Positions 41,565 to 52,142 are shown, counted from the first letter of the stretch. The stretch is DNA of 64,000 bases from Gammaproteobacteria bacterium (GCA_965237805.1 OZ250153.1:928001-992000); one strand, 5' to 3'. Numbers and translations are program-made. Notes: generated by a model not told the origin, from the sequence alone.

Positions 41565-42830
41565 ATGAGCAAAAGCGACACCGCGCCCGTTCACCTCGAA
41601 GATTTGGATGCCCCCCAATTGGCCCCCGAACTGCGCCAAATGATGGCGGAGATGGTGGCCGCCTCCCCACACGCTGTCTACACCGAGCAGGCGGTGTTGG
41701 ATACTGCGCGCGAGCAGACCGGACTGGATGACTTCGGCGACGAATCCTTCCGCGTGCAGCTGCGCAAAGCGCTGGCAGCGATGGATGGCGATGACGGCCA
41801 GAGTGCTTTTGGCCGTCTGAGCAACTTCAATCTCATCGTGCGCAATGTCGCCAACCGACTACGCTTAGAGCAGCTAATCAGTCAGCATCCGGAGATCGAG
41901 CAGCTCAGCATCGACCGCCCGATCATCATCGCTGGATTGCCGCGTAGCGGCACCACCCATATGCACAACCTGTTGGGTGAGGATCCGCACTCGCGCTACC
42001 TGCCCTACTGGGAATCGATGGAGCCAGTGCCACCGCCAGAGGATCAAGCGGCAGCAGGCACGGAGGATCCGCGCATCACGCGCTGCCGCGAGGCCTTGGC
42101 AATGCAGGATGCGGTGCTGCCCTATTTCCGTAATATGCACGAGATGGTGCCAGAGCACGCCCATGAGGAGATCGAACTGGCGATGATGAACTGCTCCTCC
42201 ATGTTGTTTGAGACCTACGCCATGGTGCCGTCGTGGCGCGATTACTATCTGAGTTGCGATCAGGGTCCCAGCTACCGCTATATGCTGCGCGCCCTCAAGG
42301 CCGTGCAATGGCAGCGCGGCCCCAATGCTTGGGTGTTGAAGTCACCGCAGCACATCGAGCAACTGCCGACGCTGGCCGAAACCTTTCCCGATGCCACTTT
42401 TGTCTTGCCACACCGCGACCCGGTGGCAATCGTGGTGTCGCTGTCGACCATGCTGTCCTATACCTTCCGCCTGAGCCGCGACCCGGTGCGCCCGCAGGAG
42501 GTCGCTGCTTACTGGAGCGACCGCTTGCTACGCATGATCACGGCCTGTGTCCGCGACCACGACAAACTGCCACCTGCACGCGTCGTGGATGTGAACTTCG
42601 ACGACTTCATGGCCGACCCGATAGCGTTGATGGAGCGCATTTACCAAACGGCTGGGCGCGAGCTGAATGCCGAGTCCCGCCAAGCGCTGGAATCGTACCA
42701 AGCCAGCCACCAGCGCGGCCGCTTTGGCCGCGTCATCTACGACCCCGAGGCGCTGGGTTTGGATATCTCTAAGATGCGCGAGGATTTTCGCTTTTATATG
42801 GAACGCTTCGGACTACGCGAAGAATATTGA
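41565..42830 (+). CDS. Sulfotransferase family protein
   Basis: GLPRSGTTHMH, WVLKSPQH, HRDP; start 41565 inferred. Confidence 0.88.
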   Translation: MSKSDTAPVHLEDLDAPQLAPELRQMMAEMVAASPHAVYTEQAVLDTAREQTGLDDFGDESFRVQLRKALAAMDGDDGQSAFGRLSNFNLIVRNVANRLRLEQLISQHPEIEQLSIDRPIIIAGLPRSGTTHMHNLLGEDPHSRYLPYWESMEPVPPPEDQAAAGTEDPRITRCREALAMQDAVLPYFRNMHEMVPEHAHEEIELAMMNCSSMLFETYAMVPSWRDYYLSCDQGPSYRYMLRALKAVQWQRGPNAWVLKSPQHIEQLPTLAETFPDATFVLPHRDPVAIVVSLSTMLSYTFRLSRDPVRPQEVAAYWSDRLLRMITACVRDHDKLPPARVVDVNFDDFMADPIALMERIYQTAGRELNAESRQALESYQASHQRGRFGRVIYDPEALGLDISKMREDFRFYMERFGLREEY

Positions 42831-42834
42831 CGGC

Positions 42835-43587
42835 ATGGGATCGACCGCCGCCGCCACTGCGCCACCGCCGACACCTTCGCCGGAACAGTTGCTTGGCTTG
42901 GACGACAGCCATGTGCTGTCGGCCAGTGCCTTGCCCGGCCTCGGCGTGCCGCTGCATCCGGCGGCCGGGCGAGCTTTTCTGCGGTTGCGCACGGCGGCCA
43001 CCGCCGCTGGCTTCGATTTGTGTGCGCTCAGCGGACACCGCTCTTTTGCCCGCCAGTTGGCAATTGTCAACGACAAGGCCAACGGCCAGCGTGCGCTATT
43101 GGATGCCGACGAGCGACCGCTGAACAGCGCCAGCCTGCCCCCGCCCCAGCGCCTGCGTGCGCTGTTGCGCTGGTCGGCACTGCCCGGTGCCTCGCGGCAC
43201 CACTGGGGCAGCGAAACCGATGTCTGCGATGCCGCCGCACCGCCACAGGCGGGCTGCAAGCCACTGACGCTGGCCGAGGCAGAGGGCCCCTCGGCCGCGC
43301 TCCACGCTTGGTTGGATAGCCGTATCGCCGCAGATGATGCCGAGGACTTTGTGCGGCCCTATGCCGCCACCAAACTCGGCACCGACATCGCTACCGAGCC
43401 GTGGCATCTGAGCTACGCGCCGCTGTCATCGCGCTGCGGTGCCGCGCTCGCCGAGACTGGCGGCACGGGTCTGCGCAACTTGCTGGCAGTCTCAGATTTT
43501 GCGCTACGCGATGTATTGCTCTCCGACTGGGAGCAGCTCTACCTCGACTTCGTGGTACCGCACTGGTGCCCGCCGGATCAATCGTAG
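42835..43587 (+). CDS. M15 family D-Ala-D-Ala carboxypeptidase (VanY-like)
   Basis: SGHRSFARQ, SALPGASRHHWG..TD, EPWHLSY. Confidence 0.85.
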   Translation: MGSTAAATAPPPTPSPEQLLGLDDSHVLSASALPGLGVPLHPAAGRAFLRLRTAATAAGFDLCALSGHRSFARQLAIVNDKANGQRALLDADERPLNSASLPPPQRLRALLRWSALPGASRHHWGSETDVCDAAAPPQAGCKPLTLAEAEGPSAALHAWLDSRIAADDAEDFVRPYAATKLGTDIATEPWHLSYAPLSSRCGAALAETGGTGLRNLLAVSDFALRDVLLSDWEQLYLDFVVPHWCPPDQS

Positions 43588-43650
43588 CGAAACCCGAGGC
43601 CGCACAACAGGCGGGTGGCCAAGCGGCGACCGTGCGACGCAGCCCGGCGC

Positions 43651-44064
43651 TCAGCTGCCCTCGAACATGCCGAGATCGTGCATATACTTGGTGTCCATCA
43701 TTTCCCAGACCTCGACAATCTGGCCATCACGAACCGTGAAGCGGAACATGTATTCGTTGCGGTAATCGCGCCCGGCACCCGTCTTAGCGGTCATCTCGAA
43801 ATGGGCGAAGGCGCTTTCCCCGTCGGCCACCACGACCCACAGATTGACCGACAAGGTGCTGAGATCGAACATGCCTACGCCGAGGCCCAGCATTTCCATA
43901 ATCGCCTGCTTTCCCGCAAAGGCGCTACCGAAGCGGTGATATGGCGGCAGGTGCCAGAGTGCATCTTCGGACATATCCGCCAAGAAATCGCCTCCGATAT
44001 TACCGCTCAAGGCGTCAAAATAGCGTTGCACCACGCGACGCGTATCCTCTGTATCGCTCATCAT
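43651..44064 (-). CDS. NTF2/SnoaL-like protein
   Basis: YRNEYMFRFTVRDGQIVEVWEMMDT. Confidence 0.8.
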   Translation of the reverse strand: MMSDTEDTRRVVQRYFDALSGNIGGDFLADMSEDALWHLPPYHRFGSAFAGKQAIMEMLGLGVGMFDLSTLSVNLWVVVADGESAFAHFEMTAKTGAGRDYRNEYMFRFTVRDGQIVEVWEMMDTKYMHDLGMFEGS

Positions 44065-44215
44065 TATTTCCCTAAGACACCAAGCTATTGCCGCAGTCTA
44101 GCACAGCACATCAGATGCAATAGCTGCGCAGCGGGCAGAGACGCCGTGTGGCCAGAAATTTTGCTTGACGGTTGCGATGGGCGACTTAAGTCATACCGCT
44201 ACGCGGTAAATTTGC

Positions 44216-44244
44216 TTGACGGTTACAGCAAATCGTATTAGAGT
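44216..44244 (+). promoter_or_regulatory. Sigma70-type promoter of nrdB
   Basis: TTGACG-N17-TAGAGT; the -35 lies in a 14-bp direct repeat also present at 44160-44173. Confidence 0.55.
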
Positions 44245-44486
44245 ATGTGGTTGTATCACACAATAATGAAAGTGTTATGGAGCGTGGTGAATGTTGTCGG
44301 TAGCGACGGCAATAAATATCCCTCTCCCGTCGACGACGGCGTTTTGCCGACGGTTCAAACACGCTGTGCTCTGCGCGCAAGAATCCCCCGACCAGCTGGC
44401 TCGCTGGCAAAAATCAAAAATACACGCTGGCTCGACCGACCGAGGTCGAGCCAGCACCACTGTTTCGGTATTGGAGAAATAAGGCG

Positions 44487-45650
44487 ATGACATTGAACTG
44501 GGAAGGACTAGAACGCGACCTCAGCCCCGCCACACCCCCGCCGGATTTGGCCGCTACAGTCAATGTGGCGGCGGTCGGCGAACGCTCGATGGCCGTGGGC
44601 AGCGCTGTCAGCGGCTTGGGGCCACTGGAGATGGGTGCCGGACGGGTGCGCGCCGAAGACAAGCGGATCATCAACAGCCGCGCCGATGTCAATCAATTGG
44701 TGCCGTTGCGCTACGACTGGGCGTGGCGCAAGTACCAAGAGGGCTGCGCCAACCACTGGATGCCACAAGAGATCAACATGGCCGCCGACATCGCCCTGTG
44801 GCGCGACCCGGCGGGGCTGAGCGACGACGAGCGCCAACTGGTCGAACGCAGTCTGGGCTTCTTCTCCACCGCCGATTCACTGGTGGCCAACAATCTGGTG
44901 CTGGCGGTCTACCGCCATATCACCAACCCCGAGTGCCGCCAGTACCTCCTGCGCCAAGCATTCGAGGAGGCCATTCACACCCACGCCTACCAGTACTGCA
45001 TCGAATCCTTGGACATGGATCAGAGCGCGGTCTTCAACATGTACCGCGAGGTGCCGTCAATCGCAGACAAGGCTTCGTGGGCACTGGAATACACCCAGGA
45101 ATTGTCCAACCCCAACTTCTGTACCGGCACCCTGCAGGCCGATCAACTACTACTGCGCAACCTGATCGCCTTCTACGCTGTCTTGGAGGGCATCTTTTTC
45201 TACTGTGGCTTCTCGCAAATCCTATCGCTGGGGCGACGTAACAAGATGGTCGGCGTCGCCGGACAATTTCTCTACATCCTGCGCGACGAATCGATGCATC
45301 TGAACTTCGGCATTGATGTGATCAACCAGATCAAACGCGAAAACCCCTATCTGTGGACCCCAGAATTCCAGCGCGAGGCTAGCCGCATGATCATCGAGGG
45401 CACCGCACTCGAAGTGGCTTACGCCCGCGACTCGATGCCGCGCGGTGTCCTCGGCATGAATGCGGCCAGCATGGAGGAGTACCTGCACTTCATCGCCAAT
45501 CGCCGGCTCAGCCAGCTGGAGCTGCCGCAGCATTTCACCGCACAGAACCCCTACCCATGGCTGAGTGAGATGCTCGACAACCGCAAGTTGGAGAATTTCT
45601 TCGAAACGCGGGTCAAAGACTACCAAGTTGGCGGGGCATTGAACCGCTGA
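44487..45650 (+). CDS. nrdB: Ribonucleotide reductase class Ia beta subunit
   Basis: FFSTADSL (Asp ligand), EEAIHTHAY (radical Tyr present), EGIFFY, RDESMH, NFFETRV. Confidence 0.95.
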   Translation: MTLNWEGLERDLSPATPPPDLAATVNVAAVGERSMAVGSAVSGLGPLEMGAGRVRAEDKRIINSRADVNQLVPLRYDWAWRKYQEGCANHWMPQEINMAADIALWRDPAGLSDDERQLVERSLGFFSTADSLVANNLVLAVYRHITNPECRQYLLRQAFEEAIHTHAYQYCIESLDMDQSAVFNMYREVPSIADKASWALEYTQELSNPNFCTGTLQADQLLLRNLIAFYAVLEGIFFYCGFSQILSLGRRNKMVGVAGQFLYILRDESMHLNFGIDVINQIKRENPYLWTPEFQREASRMIIEGTALEVAYARDSMPRGVLGMNAASMEEYLHFIANRRLSQLELPQHFTAQNPYPWLSEMLDNRKLENFFETRVKDYQVGGALNR

Positions 45651-45734
45651 GCGAGCACACGCCACCCAGCGCAATTCCATTTGGTGCCGCGCTGTCAGCG
45701 GCTCCGCACCCGCAATTCAGGACCCCGTAGCGGT

Positions 45735-46475
45735 ATGGCCAAGTCGCCCATCGCCGACGACGAGCGCTTGGTGCATGCACTCGACCTGCCGACTGCCGAG
45801 CTGGCGCGCCGTCATGTACAGCGTCTCGGTGAGGCGGTGCGATTCTACAAAGTAGGGCTCGAACTATTTGTTGGTGGCGAGGGTACAGCGCTGGTCGACT
45901 GGCTCTTGGAGCGAGGGCTGAAGGTCTTTCTAGATCTCAAGTTTTACGATGTGCCGCGCACCGTGGCCGCCGCCGTGCGGCAGTTGCGCGGGAGAGGCAT
46001 CCATTTTCTCAGCGTGCACGGCAACGATGACATATTGCGCGCCGCCATAGAGGAGAAGGGCTCGACCGGCATCTTGGCGGTCACCGTGCTGACCAGCTTG
46101 GATCAAGGCGACCTCGCGCAACTGGGTTTGGACTGTGATCCAGCCGCCCTCGCGCTATCGCGAGCACAACGGGCACGAGCCATCGGCTGTGACGGTGTCG
46201 TCGCCTCAGCCCAAGAGGCTGCGGCTCTGCGCAGCGCGCTGGGTGATGATTGCTTGCTGTTCACCCCCGGCATCCGGCCGGCGCAGCAGCACGAACGGGA
46301 CGATCAAAAACGCACGGCAGACACTGCGGCCGCCATCGCGGCGGGAGCTGACTATATCGTCGTCGGGCGACCGATCCACGCCGCCGAGGATCCACTGGCC
46401 GCTGTCGCCGACATCCAAGCGCAGATCCGTGCAGCGCTGGCCGCCCGTCACTGCGACGAGACCAAGCTCAGCTGA
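45735..46475 (+). CDS. pyrF: Orotidine 5'-phosphate decarboxylase
   Basis: YKVGLEL, DLKFYDVPRTV, TPGIRP, VVGRPI. Confidence 0.95.
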   Translation: MAKSPIADDERLVHALDLPTAELARRHVQRLGEAVRFYKVGLELFVGGEGTALVDWLLERGLKVFLDLKFYDVPRTVAAAVRQLRGRGIHFLSVHGNDDILRAAIEEKGSTGILAVTVLTSLDQGDLAQLGLDCDPAALALSRAQRARAIGCDGVVASAQEAAALRSALGDDCLLFTPGIRPAQQHERDDQKRTADTAAAIAAGADYIVVGRPIHAAEDPLAAVADIQAQIRAALAARHCDETKLS

Positions 46476-46490
46476 GCCCAGCCGCCACCC

Positions 46491-49400
46491 TCACTGACAG
46501 GCCTCGCAGTCCGGCGCGTCCAACAGACAGGTAGCATCCGCACTGCTGCCGATTGCAACCGCATTCAACTCGCTGCGATCTACCGTGGCCTTCTCAGAGC
46601 TGGTCGCACCGCGCGAGCGCAGGTAATAGGTGGTCTTGATGCCCATCAGCCAAGCGTTGCAGTAAATCAATGACAGGGTGTTGAGGGAGATGTCTTTGGG
46701 CACATAGAGGTTCAGCGATTGCGACTGGTCGATCCACTTCTGCCGCCGCGATGCGGCCTCGATCAGCCACTGCGGCGAGACCTCGTGGGCAGTGGCGTAG
46801 AGGGTGCGCAAGGCCTCCGGCACGCGGTCGATTTTACGCAGGCTGCCCTCGTAGAACTTGAGGTCGTTGATCATCACCTCATCCCACAGCCCGAGCGATT
46901 TCAGTTCCCGCACCATATAGGAATTGATCACTGTGTATTGCCCAGAGAGGTTCGAGACCACATAGAGATTGCTGAAAGTGGGCTCGATCGACGGGCTGAC
47001 GCCGACGATGTTGGCGATGGTCGCCGTGGGGGCGATGGCCATCACATTGGAGTTGCGCATGCCTTGGCTCGTGACGCGCTCGCGCAGACTGTCCCAGTCC
47101 ATCGTCTGGCTGGTGTCGACCTCCAATTGATCATCAGAGCGCTGTTCGCGCAACAATTCCATCGAATCGATCGGCAGGATGCCCCGGCTCCACAAAGAGC
47201 CTTTGAAGCTCTCGTAGGCACCGCGCTCTAGCGCCAAATCCGAGGAGGTGCGAATGGCGAAGTAGCTGATCACCTCCATGGCGCGGTCGGCAAAATCCAC
47301 AGCTGCTTGGCTGGCGTACGGGATGCGCTGAAGCAACAAGGCATCCTGAAAGCCCATCATGCCCAAGCCCACCGGACGGTGACGACTGTTCGAGCGCTGC
47401 GCCGCCTGCACGGCGTAGTAATTGATGTCGATGACGTTGTCCAACATGCGCACCGCCGTCGTCACCGTGCGCTCGATCTTTTCGATATCCAAAACCAACG
47501 GCGCATCGCCCATCGGCGTCTCGCCCGCCTGCGGCTCGCGCAGGTGATTAGCCAAGTTCAGCGAGCCGAGATTGCACACCGCGATCTCTTCGGCATCCGT
47601 TTCGGCAGATGTGTTCAGCGTGATTTCGGTGCACAGATTCGAGGAGTGCACCACGCCGCAGTGCTGCTGCGGCGAGCGCAGGTTGCAGCTGTCCTTGAAA
47701 GTGACCCACGGCGTGCCAGTCTCAAACAGCTGGGTGATGATCTTGTGCCACAGATCCTCGGCTGGCAGCTTGCGGTGCTGCCCCATCTCGCCACGCTCGG
47801 CGCTCGCTTCGTACTCTTGATAGCGACGCTTGAAAGCAAGGCCGCACAGATCGTGCAAATCGGCCACCTCTTCGGGCGAGAACAGCGTCCAGTCGGCTTT
47901 TGCCATCACCCGTTCGAGGAATAGATCCGGAATCCACAGTGCCGTGAAGATGTCGTGTGTGCGACGGCGCTCATCGCCAGTGTTCTTGCGCAGCTCGAGA
48001 AAAGATTCCACATCCAAATGCCAAGGCTCTAAGTAAGCACACAGCGCACCGAGCCGCTTACCGCCTTGATCCACCGCCACCGCCGTGTCGTTGGCCACTT
48101 TGAGGAAAGGGATGATACCGCCAGAGCGTCCGTTGGTGCCGGCGATGCGCGCACCGATGGCCCGCACTGGTGTCCAGTCGTTGCCCAAGCCACCGGCCCA
48201 CTTCGACAGCATGGCGTTGTCCCGGATAGCTCCGAAGATACCATCCAAGTCGTCGGGTACCGTGCTCAGGAAGCATGAGGACAACTGCGGGTGCCTAGTG
48301 CCAGCATTGAACAGCGTCGGTGTCGAGCACATGTGGTCAAAGGAGGATAACAGCCGGTAGAAGTCCGCCGCACGCGCCGTACGCTCTTCCTCTTTCTCGT
48401 GCAGGGCGAGCCCCATGGCAACGCGCATCAGGAACAGCTGCGGCAGCTCGATGCGTCGGTCGGCGGCATCCTGCAGAAAATAACGATCGCAGAGGGTCTG
48501 CAGGCCGAAGATGGTAAATTGCAGATCCCGCTCTGGCGCCAGCTCCTGCCCCAGCTGCTGCAAATCGAAAGCCCGCAGTTCCGGGCTGAGCCTTTGCAAT
48601 TCGATGCCCCGCTCGACGAAAGCTGCCAAAGCGGCGGGATACAGCGCCGCTATCTGCTGCTGATCCACGCCGCCGAAACCGGCGCTGAGCGGGCTACGCG
48701 CCGACGACAGTTCCCCCTCCATGCCCAGCGCAACTAACACCTCCCGCCGCAGCTGGGAGAGCCGCAGTCGAGCGGCAACATAGCTGTAGTTGTTCTCCTG
48801 CTCGACCAAGGGACGAGCGCTGATAATCATCGCCTCGACCAAGTTGGCCTCTTCGATACCATCGTGGATTTCGCGCAACACACGCTCTAGCAACAACTCG
48901 GCACTGGTGTCCTCCAAGCCCGCGCAGGCCTCTTGCAGGCAGGCGACCAGTACGGCACGACCCAACGCCCGCCGTTGCCCGAGAGCATCCACCACTTCCA
49001 GCGGTCGCCGACCACCCTGCCCGTCATCTAGCCACTGGGCGGGTTCGTCTTCTGCCGCGCCCTTATCATCAGCCAGCGTCTCGCCGTCGTCCTGTTCCCA
49101 TTGCGCCTGCTGCTGCGCTTCGTGTTGCTTGCGTGTAATGGCGCGTTCTTCCCGGTAGAGCACATAGCGGCGCGCCACTTGGTGGTGGGCGCCACGCATC
49201 AACGCCAATTCCACCTGGTCTTGGATTTCCTCGATATCCAAAGCTCCGCCCGAAGGCAGGCGGCGCATAAAGATGGCCAGGATCTGCTGACTCAGCTGCT
49301 GCACCAACTCCCGCACCCGAGCCGAGCTGGCTGCCGCCTCGCCCTCGACGGCGAGAAACGCTTTGGTGATCGCAATAGCAACCTTGCTCTGATCGTAGGG

Positions 49401-49556
49401 CACCAAGCCCCCGTTGCGCTTGATGACCTGCAACAGGCCAGGCGTGGCATGAATATTTGCAATGGAGCTGCCCGCCTCCGCCTTATGTGATGCGACATCG
49501 GCTGGCGTGCTACCCAGCGTCGCTGCCGAGCCCGCAGGCACCATTTTTTCATCCAT
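46491..49556 (-). CDS. nrdA: Ribonucleotide reductase class Ia alpha subunit with ATP-cone(s)
   Basis: VIKRNG ATP-cone, STPTLFNAG, SSNLCTEI, APTATI, KTTYYLR, C-terminal CEACQ. Confidence 0.96.
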   Translation of the reverse strand: MDEKMVPAGSAATLGSTPADVASHKAEAGSSIANIHATPGLLQVIKRNGGLVPYDQSKVAIAITKAFLAVEGEAAASSARVRELVQQLSQQILAIFMRRLPSGGALDIEEIQDQVELALMRGAHHQVARRYVLYREERAITRKQHEAQQQAQWEQDDGETLADDKGAAEDEPAQWLDDGQGGRRPLEVVDALGQRRALGRAVLVACLQEACAGLEDTSAELLLERVLREIHDGIEEANLVEAMIISARPLVEQENNYSYVAARLRLSQLRREVLVALGMEGELSSARSPLSAGFGGVDQQQIAALYPAALAAFVERGIELQRLSPELRAFDLQQLGQELAPERDLQFTIFGLQTLCDRYFLQDAADRRIELPQLFLMRVAMGLALHEKEEERTARAADFYRLLSSFDHMCSTPTLFNAGTRHPQLSSCFLSTVPDDLDGIFGAIRDNAMLSKWAGGLGNDWTPVRAIGARIAGTNGRSGGIIPFLKVANDTAVAVDQGGKRLGALCAYLEPWHLDVESFLELRKNTGDERRRTHDIFTALWIPDLFLERVMAKADWTLFSPEEVADLHDLCGLAFKRRYQEYEASAERGEMGQHRKLPAEDLWHKIITQLFETGTPWVTFKDSCNLRSPQQHCGVVHSSNLCTEITLNTSAETDAEEIAVCNLGSLNLANHLREPQAGETPMGDAPLVLDIEKIERTVTTAVRMLDNVIDINYYAVQAAQRSNSRHRPVGLGMMGFQDALLLQRIPYASQAAVDFADRAMEVISYFAIRTSSDLALERGAYESFKGSLWSRGILPIDSMELLREQRSDDQLEVDTSQTMDWDSLRERVTSQGMRNSNVMAIAPTATIANIVGVSPSIEPTFSNLYVVSNLSGQYTVINSYMVRELKSLGLWDEVMINDLKFYEGSLRKIDRVPEALRTLYATAHEVSPQWLIEAASRRQKWIDQSQSLNLYVPKDISLNTLSLIYCNAWLMGIKTTYYLRSRGATSSEKATVDRSELNAVAIGSSADATCLLDAPDCEACQ

Positions 49557-49969
49557 ATCCGGTATGAAACCCCCTGCAATTAGCGAAACTGATTGCGATG
49601 ACTTTGAGCTCCCCCATGAAGCCGCGCAATATCTGAAATGCAAAACAGCAAATCAGTTGCGAGCCTAACATATTTTCTGGAGCTCTGCCGATGCCGCCAA
49701 AGGAATGCTTGGGGGAACAGCAAAAGCACCCATCCCCCGACGCGCCAATCGTGGGCCAGCCTCATCGCGTCAAATAAAGTGATTATTTATTAGGTATTTA
49801 CGCTTTGTCCGCCAAATTTTAACCGCTGTGGGGCGATGCGCAGACCACCCGCTATCCAGATAGATGCCAGCTGGAAAATGTCGCGACTTGAGGAGGTATA
49901 AATAATATTGATGCAAGTGCTTTAGTCGAAAATATTTTGGCACTTTGACAACTATAATTTGGCCTCATC

Positions 49970-50929
49970 TCAGCGCTTGCCGCCAGGGTTTCCGGGCAAC
50001 AAAAACTCCAGCAAAGCTTTTTGCGCATGCAGGCGATTCTCCGCCTCGTCCCAGACGACGCTGTCGGGGGCATCGATCAGCTCTGCCGCCACCTCCTCGC
50101 CACGGTGCGCTGGCAGGCAGTGCATGAAGAGCGCATCCGCTTCGGCCAAGGCCATCAGCTTGGGCCCCACGCAGTAGGAGGCCAGACTGCTCTGGGACCG
50201 CTCAGCCTCCCGGTCTTGACCCAGCGATGTCCAGACATCGGTCACCAGCAGCGCGGCACCGCACGCCGCCACCTGCGGGTCCCGCACCAGCTCGGCACCG
50301 GGACAAGCAGCTAGGGCTGCCGCATCCGGCTCGTGACCCTCGGGCGCGGCGATACGCAGCCCAAAGCCGAGCAGGCGGCTGGCCTGCAACCAAGTATGGC
50401 AGACATTGTTGCCATCCCCGATCCAAGCCACGACGCGCCCTGCGATGTCACCGCGGTGTTCGCAATAGGTCTGTAGATCGGCCAATAGTTGGCAGGGGTG
50501 ATAGCGCTTGGTCAGGCCGTTGATCACTGGCACGGTGGCGGCAGCTGCCAAACGCTCAAGCAGCTCGTGTTCCAAGGTGCGCACGACTAGTGCATCGACA
50601 TAGCGCGACAGGACTCTGGCGGTATCTTCCGGTGACTCGCCACGCTCCAGCTGCAGTTCGGAGGCGTTCAGAGACAGCGGCTTGCCGCCTAATTCGGCGA
50701 TGCCAACTTCGAATGAGACGCGGGTGCGGGTCGAGGGCTGGTCAAAAAGCAGGGCGACGCTACGGTCGGCCAAGGGCTGTGGTGCCCTAGGATCGCCTCT
50801 CAGTGTCTTCCACTCGCGACCGCGTGCGATCAGCCCCTGCAGCTCGGCCGCACTCAGATCGTCCAGCGACAGCAGATGGCGCACAGCTTCCGGCACTGCT
50901 GACGGACTAGCTGTCACCGTCGGGAGCAT
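49970..50929 (-). CDS. argF: Ornithine carbamoyltransferase
   Basis: STRTRVSFE, HPCQLLAD, FMHCLPAHRGEEV, AENRLH. Confidence 0.95.
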   Translation of the reverse strand: MLPTVTASPSAVPEAVRHLLSLDDLSAAELQGLIARGREWKTLRGDPRAPQPLADRSVALLFDQPSTRTRVSFEVGIAELGGKPLSLNASELQLERGESPEDTARVLSRYVDALVVRTLEHELLERLAAAATVPVINGLTKRYHPCQLLADLQTYCEHRGDIAGRVVAWIGDGNNVCHTWLQASRLLGFGLRIAAPEGHEPDAAALAACPGAELVRDPQVAACGAALLVTDVWTSLGQDREAERSQSSLASYCVGPKLMALAEADALFMHCLPAHRGEEVAAELIDAPDSVVWDEAENRLHAQKALLEFLLPGNPGGKR

Positions 50930-52142
50930 GGCCGAGATGCCCCCGCACCAAGCGGATCACCCGCTCGACCAAATCCTCAGCCTCTGCGTCGCTGAGAATC
51001 AGCGGCGGCAGCAGCCGCAACACCGAGTCGGCCGTGACATTGACCAGCAAACCTGCCGCCAGCGCCTCACCGACCAAATTCCCGCAGGGCCGCTCCAGCT
51101 GTATGCCGATCATCAGGCCGGCACCGCGGATCTCGCGCACCCCGAGCAGGCCGCCGAGACCGATCTGCAACGCAGCCTGTAGCCGCGCCCCCAGCTCGGC
51201 CGCCCGTGCGCACAGACCCTCCTGCTCGATGGTGTCGACAACGGCCAGTGCCGCCGCACAGGCCAGCGGGTTGCCACCAAAGGTGGAGCCGTGGTCGCCC
51301 GCGGCCAGCAATTCGGTGGCCGCCGCCGCGACCATACAGGCACCGATGGGGACACCGTTGCCGAGGCCCTTGGCCGTGGTCAGCACATCCGGGCGCACAT
51401 CCTCGCCATGGCAGGCATACCAGTGGCCGGTACGACCGTTGCCGCTCTGCACTTCGTCCAGCATCAGCAACCACTGATGCCGGTCGCAGAGCTCGCGCAA
51501 GCCGCGCAGATAACCCGCTGGCGGCAGCTGAATGCCAGCCTCGCCCTGCACCGGCTCGACCAGAACAGCCGCTACTTCCGGGCGGGTCTCGGCGATACGC
51601 TGCACCGCATCGAGATCGCCGAAAGGGGCGCGCACAAAGCCCTCGACCAGCGCGCCGAAACCGCTTTGGATGCGGCGCTGCCCCGAGGCGCTGAGGGTGG
51701 CCAAGCTGCGCCCGTGGAAAGCATTTTCCATGACGATGATTTGTGGCTGGCGGAAGCCGCGGCGGACTCCGTGACGGCGCGCCAGCTTGATCGCCGCCTC
51801 ATTGGCTTCAGAACCGGAATTGCAGAAAAAGACGCGCTCCATGCCAGCGACGGCACACAGCCGCCGCGAGAGCGTTTCCTGCGCTTCGATCTGGTAGAGA
51901 TTAGAGCAATGCAACAGGCGAGCGGCCTGCGCGCCCAGCGCCTCGCTTAGCGCCGGATGGGCGTGCCCCAAACCACAGACGGCAATACCACTGAGGGCAT
52001 CCAGCCAGGCCCGACCCTCGGCATCGTAGAGCCACGCCCCAATGCCGTGGCTAAAGCGCACCGGCAGGCGTGCGTAGACTGGCACCAAGTGGTCCGTGGC
52101 TGGAGGCCCCGGGATGGCCCGTGCGACATTGGCATGCTTCAT
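50907..52142 (-). CDS. argD: Acetylornithine aminotransferase
   Basis: FFCNSGSEANE, EPVQGEAG, DEVQSG.GRTG, AKGLGNG, HGSTFGGNP; directly upstream of argF. Confidence 0.92.
   Translation of the reverse strand: MKHANVARAIPGPPATDHLVPVYARLPVRFSHGIGAWLYDAEGRAWLDALSGIAVCGLGHAHPALSEALGAQAARLLHCSNLYQIEAQETLSRRLCAVAGMERVFFCNSGSEANEAAIKLARRHGVRRGFRQPQIIVMENAFHGRSLATLSASGQRRIQSGFGALVEGFVRAPFGDLDAVQRIAETRPEVAAVLVEPVQGEAGIQLPPAGYLRGLRELCDRHQWLLMLDEVQSGNGRTGHWYACHGEDVRPDVLTTAKGLGNGVPIGACMVAAAATELLAAGDHGSTFGGNPLACAAALAVVDTIEQEGLCARAAELGARLQAALQIGLGGLLGVREIRGAGLMIGIQLERPCGNLVGEALAAGLLVNVTADSVLRLLPPLILSDAEAEDLVERVIRLVRGHLGHAPDGDS

Noticed and set aside
44487-45650. Class Ic (Mn/Fe, tyrosyl-radical-free) RNR beta subunit
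   Set aside because: The Asp ligand (TADSL) and radical Tyr (EAIHTHAY) are present, so it is class Ia.
49620-49680. NrdR boxes upstream of nrdA
   Set aside because: Only half-site matches (GCAATATCT, ACATATT) to acaCwAtATaTwGtg.
49945-49958. TTGACA and TATAAT as a promoter
   Set aside because: The boxes are only 2 bp apart.
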